This document shows positions 1-12,000 of a stretch of DNA of 64,000 nt, one piece after another. How positions within the stretch are numbered: position 1 is the first letter of the stretch; the number at the start of each line of letters is the position of its first letter. The position numbers were made by a program, and so were the translations under genes. The DNA is from Raillietiella orientalis (Eukaryota). The notes beneath the pieces were generated by a model. That model saw only the letters and a program-made list of their open reading frames with translations, searched no databases and had not been told where the DNA came from. The DNA lies in assembly GCA_036172245.1 (NCBI GenBank), contig JAYWIR010000049.1, positions 744,001 through 808,000 of the forward strand. The letters run 5' to 3'.

Positions 1-23
1 TCCTCTCTCTTCTTGATGTGGTA
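1..23 (-). CDS. cpx: Complexin third coding exon, partial (YHIKKRE...)
   Basis: Polypyrimidine tract plus tttgcag acceptor (AG at 24-25). In frame after RDK and matches the conserved RDK-Y(N/H)IKKKE junction. Confidence 0.88.
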
Positions 24-3000
24 CTGCAAAGAGAGGGGAGGGGACAGGACCCCGGGTGAGTCTCTTGAAGGTCAAATCCGGAGTGCGCGCGCGCGCGCGC
101 GCTCCGCCTGAGAGAGGCCCGGCAGGCTCAGCCAGCCGAGGGCGGGAAAGGAGGGGGGAAGCGCACAGACTTTCCTGAAAGACCAAGCGGTCGTGGGCGG
201 TCTGCGAGTTCTTTCCGGAAGCAACCGGGAGGAACTCGCGAGGCAACTAGGTGGCGGGAAGCGCCCTTCCCTGATCGGAAGGTTCCTCTCTGATTTGCAG
301 TGCGGGAAGGGATGAAGTGGGAGAGGACGAGAGGGCAGAAGGGGGATTGGGGAAGGTCAATCCTACGATCCCGGTAAGGAAGAACGGCGCGCCGTTTCCG
401 TTTCAGGCAAGGACAGTGCCATCCCTCTTCTTCCTCTGAAACTCGTGGTGCTTAGGGTTCGGCAGGAGCGGCCGGGCACTCCACTGCTACTCTCCCGGAC
501 CCTCCGATGAGACACGGCCAGAAACTGAGCGCGCCAGAGAACAGCCTCCCCGCCTCCGAGACGACCTTCCTCGCCGCGCGGGAAAGGCAAGCGTGTAGGC
601 GGGCGATCCCTGGGCGCCGCACGCCCCATGCAAGATCCTTCCGCGCGATCCGGAAGAATGCGAAGAGCTGCTTCGTCAGATCACAGCTACGCAAGGGCCT
701 CTTCTGGGGTGCGGAGGGAAAAAAGGGTCGTTCCCGCTGCCCTCCGTTGGCGTCTTTTCCGTATTCCCAGGCGCTCCCCTCGTCGAAGAGGTTTCCACGA
801 TTGTGAGCGCGCTTCCTGCAGACGGAGGCCGCTACTGTGAAGGGAAAGCGAGAAAGAAAGGAGAGAGGAAGGCGGAGGGGAAATCGCAGTGGACATCGGC
901 TCCCCCGTCAGTCCATCCCACTCCATCTGAACGCGGAGGGGGAGCGAGTGATGGGAACATCAAAAGAACGGGGAGGAAAGGAAACTCGCGAGGGAGGAAG
1001 AAGTCGCCTGGAAACGGGCCGGGAGAGGCTGCCCCGTCCCTGGCTCCCGAGTCAAACCCCCAAGCGAAATTTCCGGAGAGAGGCAGTCGCAGGAGAATGG
1101 ACTACGGGTCGGCGGCATTTCTCCTGCAATCCCCAGGGAGGCGGACCGTGAGTTCTGTGGAACGACCGGCTCCTCGCTGGTCCACGTGGGACCTCTGGGG
1201 AACTCCGCAGCCTTAAAAGTGCGCCATCCAAGCTTCCGCGTCCGAGGATGCTGCCTCATGGAGCACCGCCATTTGTAAGCAGCGGTCTGATGGCTGTAAT
1301 CCGCTGCATCCTTCTCCCCTACTCTCCCTATGACATCCATCTCGACTCGGAGCGCTCCCCGATTCATCCTACAGGGTAGAGGGGGTGGTGATCTCTCAGA
1401 AAGATCGTGAAGGTGGGGATAGGGGATGAAGGGATGTCCTTTAGTGGGATGTGGCCCAGCCCGTCGTCTCTTCCAGAATCCTCGGTCGCGGAGCGCAGCT
1501 ACCCCCTCCCTTGTCTCCGGGAGGTCGTTCCCTTGCGCCCTTGTACTCCTCAGGCCAGACGTCTGAATTAAACGTTGCGCGCACGGCGGAGATGTGCTCT
1601 CTCTGCGCGTCACTTCTGGAAGGCTCCGGACTCCTAGATGGTAAAAGGAGTCATGCATGGCTCGCGCGTGCCTTTCTCCTGGACGCTTCGATCCATTTCC
1701 GCCCGTCGCCGCTCGCCCTCCAACGGGCGCCGCGCCTGCTTCTGCACAGACCGAAAAGGCGTGCGCGACGACTTTTCGCGGAGACCAGAAGCCCCCACCT
1801 CCAACCCTCCTCAAAAAAAAAAACGAAAAAAAAAGAATAAATAAATAGGTGAGTAATGGACATGCAGGAGTGGCTGGATGATGCAGGAACGATGCCGACT
1901 CGGGTACGCCAAGAAGACTCAGAGCTCGAGAGGAGTGAACCATCCCGCTCGACCAGATGATTCCCTGCGCACTCCATCGCGTTTTCCGCCCGAGGAGGAG
2001 AGCTCCGGAATGAATCGATACCGCAACCAGCATCCAGGTCGCTTCAGCTATATCTGACAGCGAACGTGACCTCAGCGCCGGAGGGAGGAGGGAGGGAATC
2101 GCCTGAGGTTGGGCGCGGTAGCTGGTAGGCTCATCAAAGATGTTTCTATGCAGGGGTCCCTTCAGGAGGAGGCAGAAGAATCATGCGCCGCAGCGTACCC
2201 CACATTCCGAGAGATCTTTTCCGGATGCTGGATGTACGGTCACTTCATGCGCGACCCGAGAGAGACTTTTTCCTGACCCCAGACAGGCTTCCGTGTTCCG
2301 TAGAATGTGGACTGTGCACGGGCGCAGTGGGTCGATCTTCGCGGGCGTTCTCCGGATCCAAGAAGTCCTCCCGACCGCTCCGCCACCAGCGAGCAGAAAC
2401 CAAAATGCGTGCCGCCGCGTCCTGAGAGAATGTTCAAGCCTCAGGAGCTGCTTCCGCAGAGCCTCGAATCCCGAGTCTCTCCTTCCCCTCCCCCCTCTAG
2501 TTCCCGAGATGGAGAAAGATGGTCGTTCCGTGGTCAGCAGAGCTACACTTTGATCTTAGCCAAAAGGCCGAGAAGCGATACACCAGCAGAGATACACCGC
2601 CAGCGGCGGGCTGAAGCTGAAGGGGGAGAGGGATAGGTTCTAGTTTGCCGCAGCCAGGACAGGACTTCCTCAAAAGGCATTGTTCCTGCCAACGCCTCTC
2701 TGCTTGAGGCTCGTGGAGTGCGCTGAGCTCCGGGATCACCGAAGGCGACACAGCTGCGAGAGTCGCCGCCTCCGAGCACAAGTTTCGACCGACTCCTCCC
2801 CGAGAGGAGAACCACTCGGAAGAGAGGGAGAGGCAGCCCAGCTGAAAAGCACTTGGGGGACCAGCCGTGGGCCGCTGATCGGGAATGCAGATCTGCAGCA
2901 ATGGGAACGGCGTAGCCTCGGCCCCTGAGAAACGCGGCGACATCGTCCGAAAGGGACTCCCCTCCTTCCTGGGCATTCGGCCGTCTTCCTGGAAGAAGCA

Positions 3001-6000
3001 TAAGGAAAGTTTCCCTCCGAGATTCTTGTTAACATTTCCGGGACGGCATTCCGGAATCCCCGCACCGGGGGAACCCACTGGGAATGCGGGATTCCGAGTC
3101 GTCATGATAGCTTCCACAGAGGAACCCGACAGGCTCTCTCTCTCGCCCACCCTCCCTACGCGCATATGGAAATTCCGCAGAAGATTAGATAGAAATTTCT
3201 TTCGGAACGCAAGCGTGTGCTCGCCCTCCACGCCGTTCTCATGGTAACGACCCACATTTCCAGAAATGCTTGATCCCTTCTTCCTCCTGAGAGGGCCGCG
3301 AGAGATAATCCGTATGCAGATTACGTGCCTCCTCCTTGCGGTCCAGTCCAGCTCGTTCTTATGGAAATCCCTCGTTCGATGCAGAAAGCACGGGAAGACG
3401 GCGGTTTTCCGTCCTGAGCGAGCATCTGCGGAGTCCTCCGAGCACTCCTCGGGTCCAAAGATTCCCCTCTGGGCACTCTGCCGGACACGATCTTTGCCGA
3501 GTCCACGAACCCGCCTCTCTCTTCCTCTTCACTGCGAGGCAGATCGCGTCCTGTCCACGAAGGTCGTTCCCTGCATCTGCCACAGGACAAGTCCTCCACT
3601 GAAGTCCACGTGATCCGCAGGGCGCTCCTGAGCGCGCGCCGAGGAAGCCACTTCGCATGGAAGCGACGTGAGCTGGCCCTGGGGGCATCGTCTCCTGGTG
3701 TTGGCCACCAGTGCGTGTCGGGAACACACCCGAACCGCCGCTTGAGCGCGCGCGTACCCCAGCGAAAAATCCGCGAGCACACCTGCGCCCGATATGTCCT
3801 CCCCAAGGTTGGGATCGTCTCTCGGAAGAGCTGCTCCCCTCTTCCGCGCCTCCTCCATCAGGAGGATCCCCTTGACCCTGCAGCGCTCCAGAACGATACG
3901 TCCCTGTGCCGATAGGTGCGACACAGTTACGTGCCTATGGGTTTTTTGCAAGGGCGAATGATTCCATGCAGGGGACCCATCGGCACGGTGGATCTCTCGG
4001 GATTCGCCCGGCAACTTCTGAATGATCCGGAATTGTGATGGATGGAAGGAAAGGAGGGAACAGCGAGCGAGGCGAAGTGGCTTCTGGGAAAAGCAAGTGC
4101 CCGACAAGCTCCGAAGCGAGGAACCGACCTTCCCCCCCCCCCTCTGCCCCCCTTCCTTCCAAGCAAATGACGCGCAGGCCAACAGCCAGAAGCACAAGAA
4201 GCGCTCATCACGCGCGATCCGCGGGATCCGTGTGAACATGGACGTTCCTTTCCGCATCGTAAATAAATGGGAAGATTTGATCGGAACCGCTCGCATCCTA
4301 TTCTTGGTCGTCTAATCATTCCTGCGTTCATTTCTTCTTTCGTTCCTCCCATTAACTTCCGCCCCCCTCCTCCCCTTTATCGCTGTCCGTTTTGTTTATT
4401 TGTTTGGTCCTTGGCTCATCAGGGTAATGAAGCTGTGCTTCCAGCTCCGTTCGGAGAGCCTCTCACGAACCGCTCTCGAAGAGCAAATCCCCATGGCTAC
4501 ACGATGGCACGCACACGCCTCCGTTGACCGGTTGCGGGACGAGTGACTGCTGCTGCTGCCGTCACCCTGGATGCTAAAAGATGGGAGTGAGGAGGGAAAA
4601 GAAACTCGCGTTCTCCGGCAGTGCAGGTCGGAACCTTTCGCCTAGAGGCGAGCGAAAGAGATCCGCGGGAGGTTCTCCCCGTTCGAGATGCAAAAGGCTG
4701 CCGAGGCGGCTGCAGCGCTGGCTCGCGGCGTCCGGGAGCAAAGAGCAAGGTGAGGACAACGGCCTCAGGCACGACACTCCCGGGCTTGCGGGGAACTTCA
4801 GGCTTCCAGAAACGAGCTCGAAGTCTTAACGGGTGCACGCGTCGCATGCCATGTGTGCATCACGGTGCTGGGACGCGAGCAGCCGAGGAAGTGACCTCGT
4901 GGACTTGGTTTCAGATTCACCAGTCGGAGAAGATGCTTTTCAGACACACGAGGGAAGACGATGGCAGATATCCAGAATCACCTGCGTGCCCCTCCCGTCT
5001 TTCGAGACGGTTGGCCTCGGGGATCCCGGTGCTGGTCTGAGTCTCTCCACCCTGCTGGAAACGAAAAGAACAACCATGTATCCTAAAACACCTCTGGAGG
5101 AAATTTGGGGTCGAGCTGCTCCTCACTTCGGTGAAACCACTTTTGGCGAAAAGGGAAACCGCGAATTGCCTCTGAGGAGATGTGCAAAGGAGAGCGAAAT
5201 CTTCCCGAGACCACCTGTTCTGAGTGCGAGGCAGCAGACCGGGGAAAAACTACCACCACGAGAGTTCGGCATACGGCCAGCAGCCTTGGATTTCAGCTTT
5301 GGAAGACATAGAAGAAAGCAGGCAACCGGGAATTTCTGGTCGGTGATCTTTCCCGTCTCGACAGCGAGGCGATGATCCATCTCATGAGGGACGCCATTTT
5401 CCGCAGTCGAAAGCGGGAGAACCTCGATGCTCGCACCACGAGCGCAAGATGAGGATCGCAGCGACGCGGAAAGTGCTGCTGACACGGCAGCAGCCGTCTC
5501 AAGTACGTGGACGTCTACTCGTCCTCCCCCTGGCGACAAGCAAACAGAAGATTACCACTCTGTCCAGCAGAGCTAGGAGGAGGAGGAGGGAGATCCGAAA
5601 TGCGGTCAGCCGGCAGCGACAGCAAGAGCCGCGCAATCCCGTCGGGAACGCAGGCGGAATCCAGAGTCTGCCCAGGGTAGCGACGGGGACAAGGGACGCC
5701 TTCGCGGTGTGCAACGCATCTCCCCAGTACTGCGTGTTCAGAGCACGCAGCAGTGTGCTCTTTGCTTGCGCCAAAGCAACCGGTTCGCTGCTCTTTCCCG
5801 TACGCTCTCACGTGCCCGGGTGCCCTTGTGCAAGGGCCGCCTGCTCTGCCCTCATTCCAGAAACGGCAGGAGCACGATTTATGGGACTCCGCATGCGCAC
5901 TTCCTGTTCTTTGATGTTTCCGTGATTCCGTCGTTGCCTGTGCTGGACCGCTTTACATCGACTGTCCTCCCCCTCCGCGACACCTTCCGCAACGGTTCCA

Positions 6001-9000
6001 CGAGTCTTCATCGTGATGAGTGCTGGACGGGCGGACGCTCTGGGCGTTCGAGCAGTGCTGGAAGCAAGAAGGGAGATGGACGCGGCTCGGATCCGTTCAG
6101 TTCGCTTGCTGAGAACGGAAAGCACCTCATCGGGATAATTCACTTGGAATAATTGATCCGGAAACTGGGCTCTCGGAAGACGCGAATCTCCAGCAAGCAA
6201 AGATGGATTCTTTTTTGTGTGTTTATTTTTATCTTTCTCTTTCTTCTCTCTCTCACTTCGTTTGGCACCTCTGGGCTGGCAGGCGCGCTTCCGGATACTG
6301 CCGTAGCACGGAGGCGTGCGGTGTACAGGAGGGTGCGGAAGAGGGAGCTAAGGAAGGCTAACTGGGAACCTGTGGGCGAGAGCCTTTTTTCGACGGCCGG
6401 CCGAGGGTGCGCGTGCAGCGACACCTCCACAGGACGGCCGGGAAAGTCCTTGCTTTCCGGGCGCTGAGCTTCGCGCAGGCCGGAACCGGAAGAAAACGTG
6501 AGGCAGAAGTCCCGTGCGGTTGACAGGTAGGGAACAAAGGTTCCAGGGATGCAGGATTCCTGTGATCCGATCGCCACCGCTGGCCAACTTCCGTGTTTTG
6601 CGGAAAGAGTCTGTCATCAACCGCGACCGTGAACGAGGAAAGGGCGGAGGTGCGCGGGCGGGGCGGGGACCGAAAGGGGCGAGGAGGGGAAGCGAAAGTA
6701 GCGGCGGGGAAGACTCTCCAGGAACGGGAAGGACTCGCCCTTGGTTCATGGGCGTACCTCCCGCTCTTCCTCTGGAAAGCAAGACTCTGTCGCTCGTTCC
6801 CCAGTGGAAAAGACTAAGCGCTGGGGCACCCCCTAGCAACCTCGCGGTCACTCTCGTTCACCTCGTTTCTCTGGAAAGAGGATGGTGAGACAGGGTGGCC
6901 AGAAGACTCAGGGGAGCGAGGGAAGGACCTCCTAAGGAGAAGTTTAGGGAATGCGAACTCACTGTTACCTTGTCCCGGATCTCCTGCCTCATGGATTCCC
7001 TCTCTTCCTCCATTTTGCGATGCTTCTCCTTCCTTCTCTCCTCCGCCTCCCGAATTGCTTCCAGCCTCTCCCTCTCGGCCTCCTCCTTCTCCACGTCATT
7101 GGAGCTGTCCCCGCCAGAGATCTGTCCTGAAACAGGCAACCCCATCAGTGCCATCTGTGCTTCATGGACCGCGAGGTTCGGAACGCGTTTCCGGAGCCCC
7201 CCGACTAGTTGCCCCCTCAAGGAGGAAACGGGGTGAAAGGGCCTGAGAAGTCCCTTTCTCTATGTCGGTGGGCTTGGTCTTGGTCCGCTCGGAACCGTGC
7301 TTCCAGTGAGGGATAAGAGCACAGGAGTGGGATGCGGGTTTCGGTGTGAGTTGTCCCCAGGTTTCCCCTCATCATCCGGGTTTTCATCGCGTGTGCGGCA
7401 GCAACGGTGTGCTCTCGCCATAGGGTCGAGGGAAAGAGCTCGCTCTTTCCAGGAACAGGGACTTTGCAGGAAAAGTCCACGCCGCTCAGTAAGGCTGCCT
7501 TACTCCCCTTTCTTCGCCCCCCCTCCCCCTTCCCCGTCTCCTTTCAATGGGAAGATGGGGTCGGCGCCGCTTCGGGTCTATCGAGGAGGGATGCGCGACG
7601 GTCTACCGTCGCCTTTCTCGTGCTCCAGGGCAAGTTTTCGCGGCAGTGAGTCTCCCTGACAACTCACGAGGCAGTTTTGCGACGAGACCTTCCTGAGAAG
7701 CGGCTCTCTGAACTTGGAAAAGGGTCCCTGGAACACTTGTGGGTGTCTTCCAGGCTCCAGAAAGGAATGTTTGCAGTCGCTGCTGCTGTTCCTCCTCGGT
7801 CTCTCCGCGGACAATGAGGCGACAGTGGGCAGGATCCGAGGAAGGAACATTCCTGCATTCGGGAGTGGCGAAAGAGCAGAAGGCATCCTGTAGTCCCTCC
7901 TAAAGAGCTGCCTGAGGGATCACGGAGGCGAGCACCCAGGTCGACGCGCGTTTCCCTTCCACCCTCCCCTATCTTCCAGGATCCTCGAGCTGCAGCCGCA
8001 CACGACTACCAACCGCCGAGGACCAACGGAGAGAACGTGCGCTTCCGAGTTCCCCGGGAAAACGGGGTCTGCGGGCTCCGTTCCGAAGGGGGAAGGGAAG
8101 GATGCAATTTTCGAGAAAGGGGGATCGATATCGCGCGCGCGGGAACAACAACTTCCGTTTCCGAGTTCCTGCTTGCGATGTCCGGACTGGAGATGAACGC
8201 TGGAGAAGGGGCAGCAACGGTGGAGGCAGGAAGAGCCGCGAGTGACCCGGGCACCCCAAAGAGAAGTGTCCGGGAGGGGTGAGTCGATCGATCCCTACTG
8301 AGCCAAAAAAGAGGGGGGGGGGAGGGGGGAACAAGATGCCCTTCGGGAAAACCGACATTTCACTTTTTCCCCGATAATTAGAGGGAGGAAGAATGGTCCT
8401 CCGGGGACCGGAATTCCCCAAGGGAGCCAATCATCCGCGGTGCGGGGAAATCGAAAGTTTCGGACGCGCACGGTCTCTGGAAGCGGTGGGGAACCCCCGC
8501 AAAGCGACGCCGCTGCTGCCCTCGGCGGCCAGGAGCCGCCGCCACGCCCTCCGCCGCCCACCCGTAGCGAGACTTTCGAGAGCTCGCGCGTGGCAGGACG
8601 AGCGGGATGCCGCAGAGCAGGGAGCGCACCCTTGCTCCCGTGAGCGGGCGACCGCTGCGGGAGCGAGGAAGCAGCGGCGGTTCCCCTCAAGGAGGAAGGA
8701 AAAGTCCCGATGCGAAAATCCCTCGAGAATGGGCGAAGACGCGGCCCCGCGCACTGGCGTGTGCACGAAAACAAGCAGGCAACCAGGGACCTGAGCACAG
8801 CTGTCTATACGCACGCACGCACGCACGCACGCACACTCCGAGCCGCTGCGCTTCGACCAGCAGGACTTTCCGGAAACCGGCAGGCGTGTCTCCCTAGAGT
8901 TGGCGCGCGGCTCGCCTGCGCCACCCGCAATCGGCAGCCGCAAGCGCCAAGACGCCCCGAAGGGCACGCGTCACAAAGGGAAAGCGGATCGCCCGCCGTC

Positions 9001-12000
9001 CCGTGGCAGAGCTTCCGAGACTGCGAACCACGGGGGGAATGGGGAAGGAGGGAAGAGGAGGAAGCTGTTCGCACGCCGATTCCTTTCCTTCGGGCGAGGG
9101 AGGAAGAGGAAGGGATCGCCGTGAAAACAGGCTCAGGAAGGAGGGTTGGGCACGCCAGGAAGGAGGGTCGGCGAGAAGGGCAGCTAAGAAAAACTGGGGC
9201 TGAAACTGATCCAGCGGCGCCAGCCCTTGCGCGCGGCAGGTGGAGGGCTTCTTCGACGGGGGGAATGAGACCCCACGGTCCCGAATGGTGGAAGGTGTGG
9301 GGCCGGGCGCAAGGGCGAGAGCATCCTTCGATTCTTTCCTGCTCCCACTTTTCCCTTTGCTGTTGGCATTTTTCCCTCAGGATCGGTGGAAGGGTTTTTT
9401 TTTCTTCACTTGACTGACTCGGAGTTCCCTATGTCTCGTGCGTCGGGTCTGCTGGGATGCGGAAGACCGACGTAGCGAAGGCGAGAGAGATGGCGCTCCT
9501 ATCTGGGACCCTGTTCTCCTCGTCCACTCTTCCTCCTGCTCTTTCACTCTGCCGTCATCGCCGGCGGCTGCCTGAGGCGAAGTAGCAGCTCTCCCTCGGC
9601 TCCGCACGAGGAGGAGGAGGGTTCATCCTCGGAGACCTAGCCCATCCATGCCCACGAAGGAAGCAGCGGCATCTGTTTCCATCCCTGCCATCATCGGAAG
9701 CGGTTACAGCAAACATCTCCGTGATGTTTGACGTCCAATCAGAACGAGTGCACTCCCACGGCACCCGTCGCATGATGCTGCGCCGCTGTTTGCCCAGCGT
9801 GCTGAAGCATTTTGTTTGGCCTGTCTTCCATGGGAGCTTTGAAAAATGAAAGTTCCATAAAAGGGAATTTCTTCCCCGGCAGAGGGAGTGAGCGATGAGG
9901 TCGGGAGGAGGGAGAAGAGGGCCCAGGGATGCTGCGAGTTCTGCACAAGCACTCGGAAAATTTAATAACAATGCAGTGGAAGGGAGAGGAGTGCGGCGGC
10001 GGCGGCGGCGGCGGGATGGGGGCATCCTCTCGCTGCTGTACCGGAACGATTGATCGGCGTGTTCCAGATCGAGGAATCATGATGCTGGCTTTTCCCTGGA
10101 CGGGATCGAGGAAGGGGAGAGGGAATCGTTGCCTTCGCGGGTCATCTTCGCGGGGCAGGGAAGGAAGAAAGGATAAAAGGAGGACCACAGCAGATGTGTG
10201 CCTGCGGAAGACGCTGCCCTCTCCCCCATCCCAAGTCATGGGGCAAAGCGCAGCCGTCCAACCGTCCCGAAGCTGCGGGGCAACGAATGCGGCGATTATT
10301 GCCCGAGGGCACGCGCGCTGAAGCCGCCGAGTGCGTGCGAATCCCCGTCCGCTTAGCGGCACCACGATCTTCGCAGCCTCCCCCTGTCCCCCGCGTAGCT
10401 TCGGATGGTTCTTCGTGGACTGGGAGTGCCCTCTTCTCTCCTTGTCCCCCTCCTTTCTGGACCGTTCGCTCGGTGGCGCGCACGTAGGGGAAAACGCGAC
10501 GAGGACTCGCAGGAGCCCTCGGGTACGCGCCTTTCGGAGCCCCCCACACCTCGAGAGACAGAGATGATGCTCCGTGGGGATGAGCGTTGATGGAAAGGGC
10601 TCTTCGCCGCTCTGCATCATTTACGGAGACCCCAGGACGCGAAGTAGGGTGCAGAGGCAGCCAAGGCGTCCGTCTGGCCAGCACGTGGCTCGCTCCAGGG
10701 CACGCTCGAACTGCCCCATGAGGCAGGCGTCATAAGACGATCGAATGCAAGTGCCGGAGGGAAGGGAAGCGGTGGGCGCAGAAGAGTCCCGAACCGTAGT
10801 TCTGAAAGAGGCCGGACCTCATATGAAGAGAGCGGGGAGTTCTTTCCGTGGGATAGAAGAGCCTTTCCACGCGTTAGACAGAGGGCTCCAGGAAGAGGGG
10901 AGACGGGAAGACGGGGAAACCAACGACCCTAGCGGCGTTTTTGCAGCCAGAGGGCGGCTCTGGACCCCCGTCCCCACGCCCGTTCCCTACGGAGGCGTGG
11001 GGTGGATGCTCACTGCATGGAAAGGCGAGGACCCCCGCGACCGAGCGGGAGGAGGTGCTGCGGCGATGTTCCAGGAGGCGAAGTCTCGGGTCGTGCCGAG
11101 GTCCCTCCGCGAGGGACGCCGTCGGGTCTGGAAGTCCAAGGCGCCCAACGCTCAGGTTGCTCGGCGAACTTCCGAAGGACGATGCTGCGCTCTCGCATCC
11201 AATGTGGGGGAGGGGAAGGGGGGCCCGGAGCTAGGTCGAAGCCCCCAGCGCTGCCCACCATCCCCGAAGACGTCCGCCCGTCTCTTTCGAGTCCGGGACG
11301 AGGAATCGTGGGTGAGCGCTGCGTCAAGGGAGACTCAGCTTCCGCATTGGACCATGTTGAGGAGAGGATGATCCAGGATTTGGGACCCCAGGAAGAGGTG
11401 GGGAGGAAAATGGGGGTGGCGGTTGAAAGAGGGAATGCCTTGTACCCTTCCCTTCCGTGTCCGATTCCATAAGAGAGAGGGCGGGTTCTGGTCCGAAAGC
11501 CTTTGTCCAAAGCACGGGAGAGGAAGCGACAGGAGCGGTTATTGGCGACGGGAAGCGGCTCCTGGCGAGACTGTGAGAGAAGAGGGAAGCAGGGAGGAGG
11601 GACAAGAGGAGGGAAGCATGGGGACGTCGGCTGGACTGCTTGCAGCCGCCGCCGAGACAAGGGAAGATCCTCGAATTCGGCGATCCTCCGAGATTCCCCA
11701 GACAGAGTGGGGAGGAAGAGGAACGGGATCACTCAGAGGGCACCGTCCTGGGCCACCGCGGTCGCCGGCACCAGATGAGCGAGACTCCCTCCTTGGGAGT
11801 TCTTATGAAGTAGTCACACCACTCGACAGAAGAATGGGAACGCGCAAGGGAGGCAAAAGAGGGAGAAAGGATCCTCAATTCAGAACACCTTCCCACAAAC
11901 CCCAGTATCTGGGATATGGCGAGCGTCTTACCTGCTCCTGGATGCCGCTGCCTGTCAGCAGGGCTCCGGGGTCTCCGTCCCAGACGGAGGCTGCTGACGC

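Larger units (their letters stand above)
4900..8250 (-). pseudogene. Decayed LGR relic B, apparently straddling complexin exon 2
   Basis: LRR-like HPQVFQGPFSKFREPLL (about 7700) and FLLEGQLVGGLRKRVPNL (about 7170-7230), then after the complexin exon RLMTDSFRKTRKL and CIPGTFVPYL (about 6500-6620). Hinge at about 5950-6160, TM3 FRISLLLLLALLDRVVIF (about 5550-5605), ECL2 VLPLSTAENG, TM5/TM6-like segments at about 5230-5335. Confidence 0.6.

Noticed and set aside
5700..5860. piggyBac cysteine-rich tail on the plus strand (CALCLRQ..VPLCK)
   Set aside because: No DDD core or TTAA/TIR nearby. The opposite strand fits LGR TM2-TM3 better.
6858..7220. Whole 120-aa ORF as a single-exon complexin
   Set aside because: Only 6969-7126 is complexin-like and it is bounded by canonical splice sites. 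The flanks are intronic read-through.
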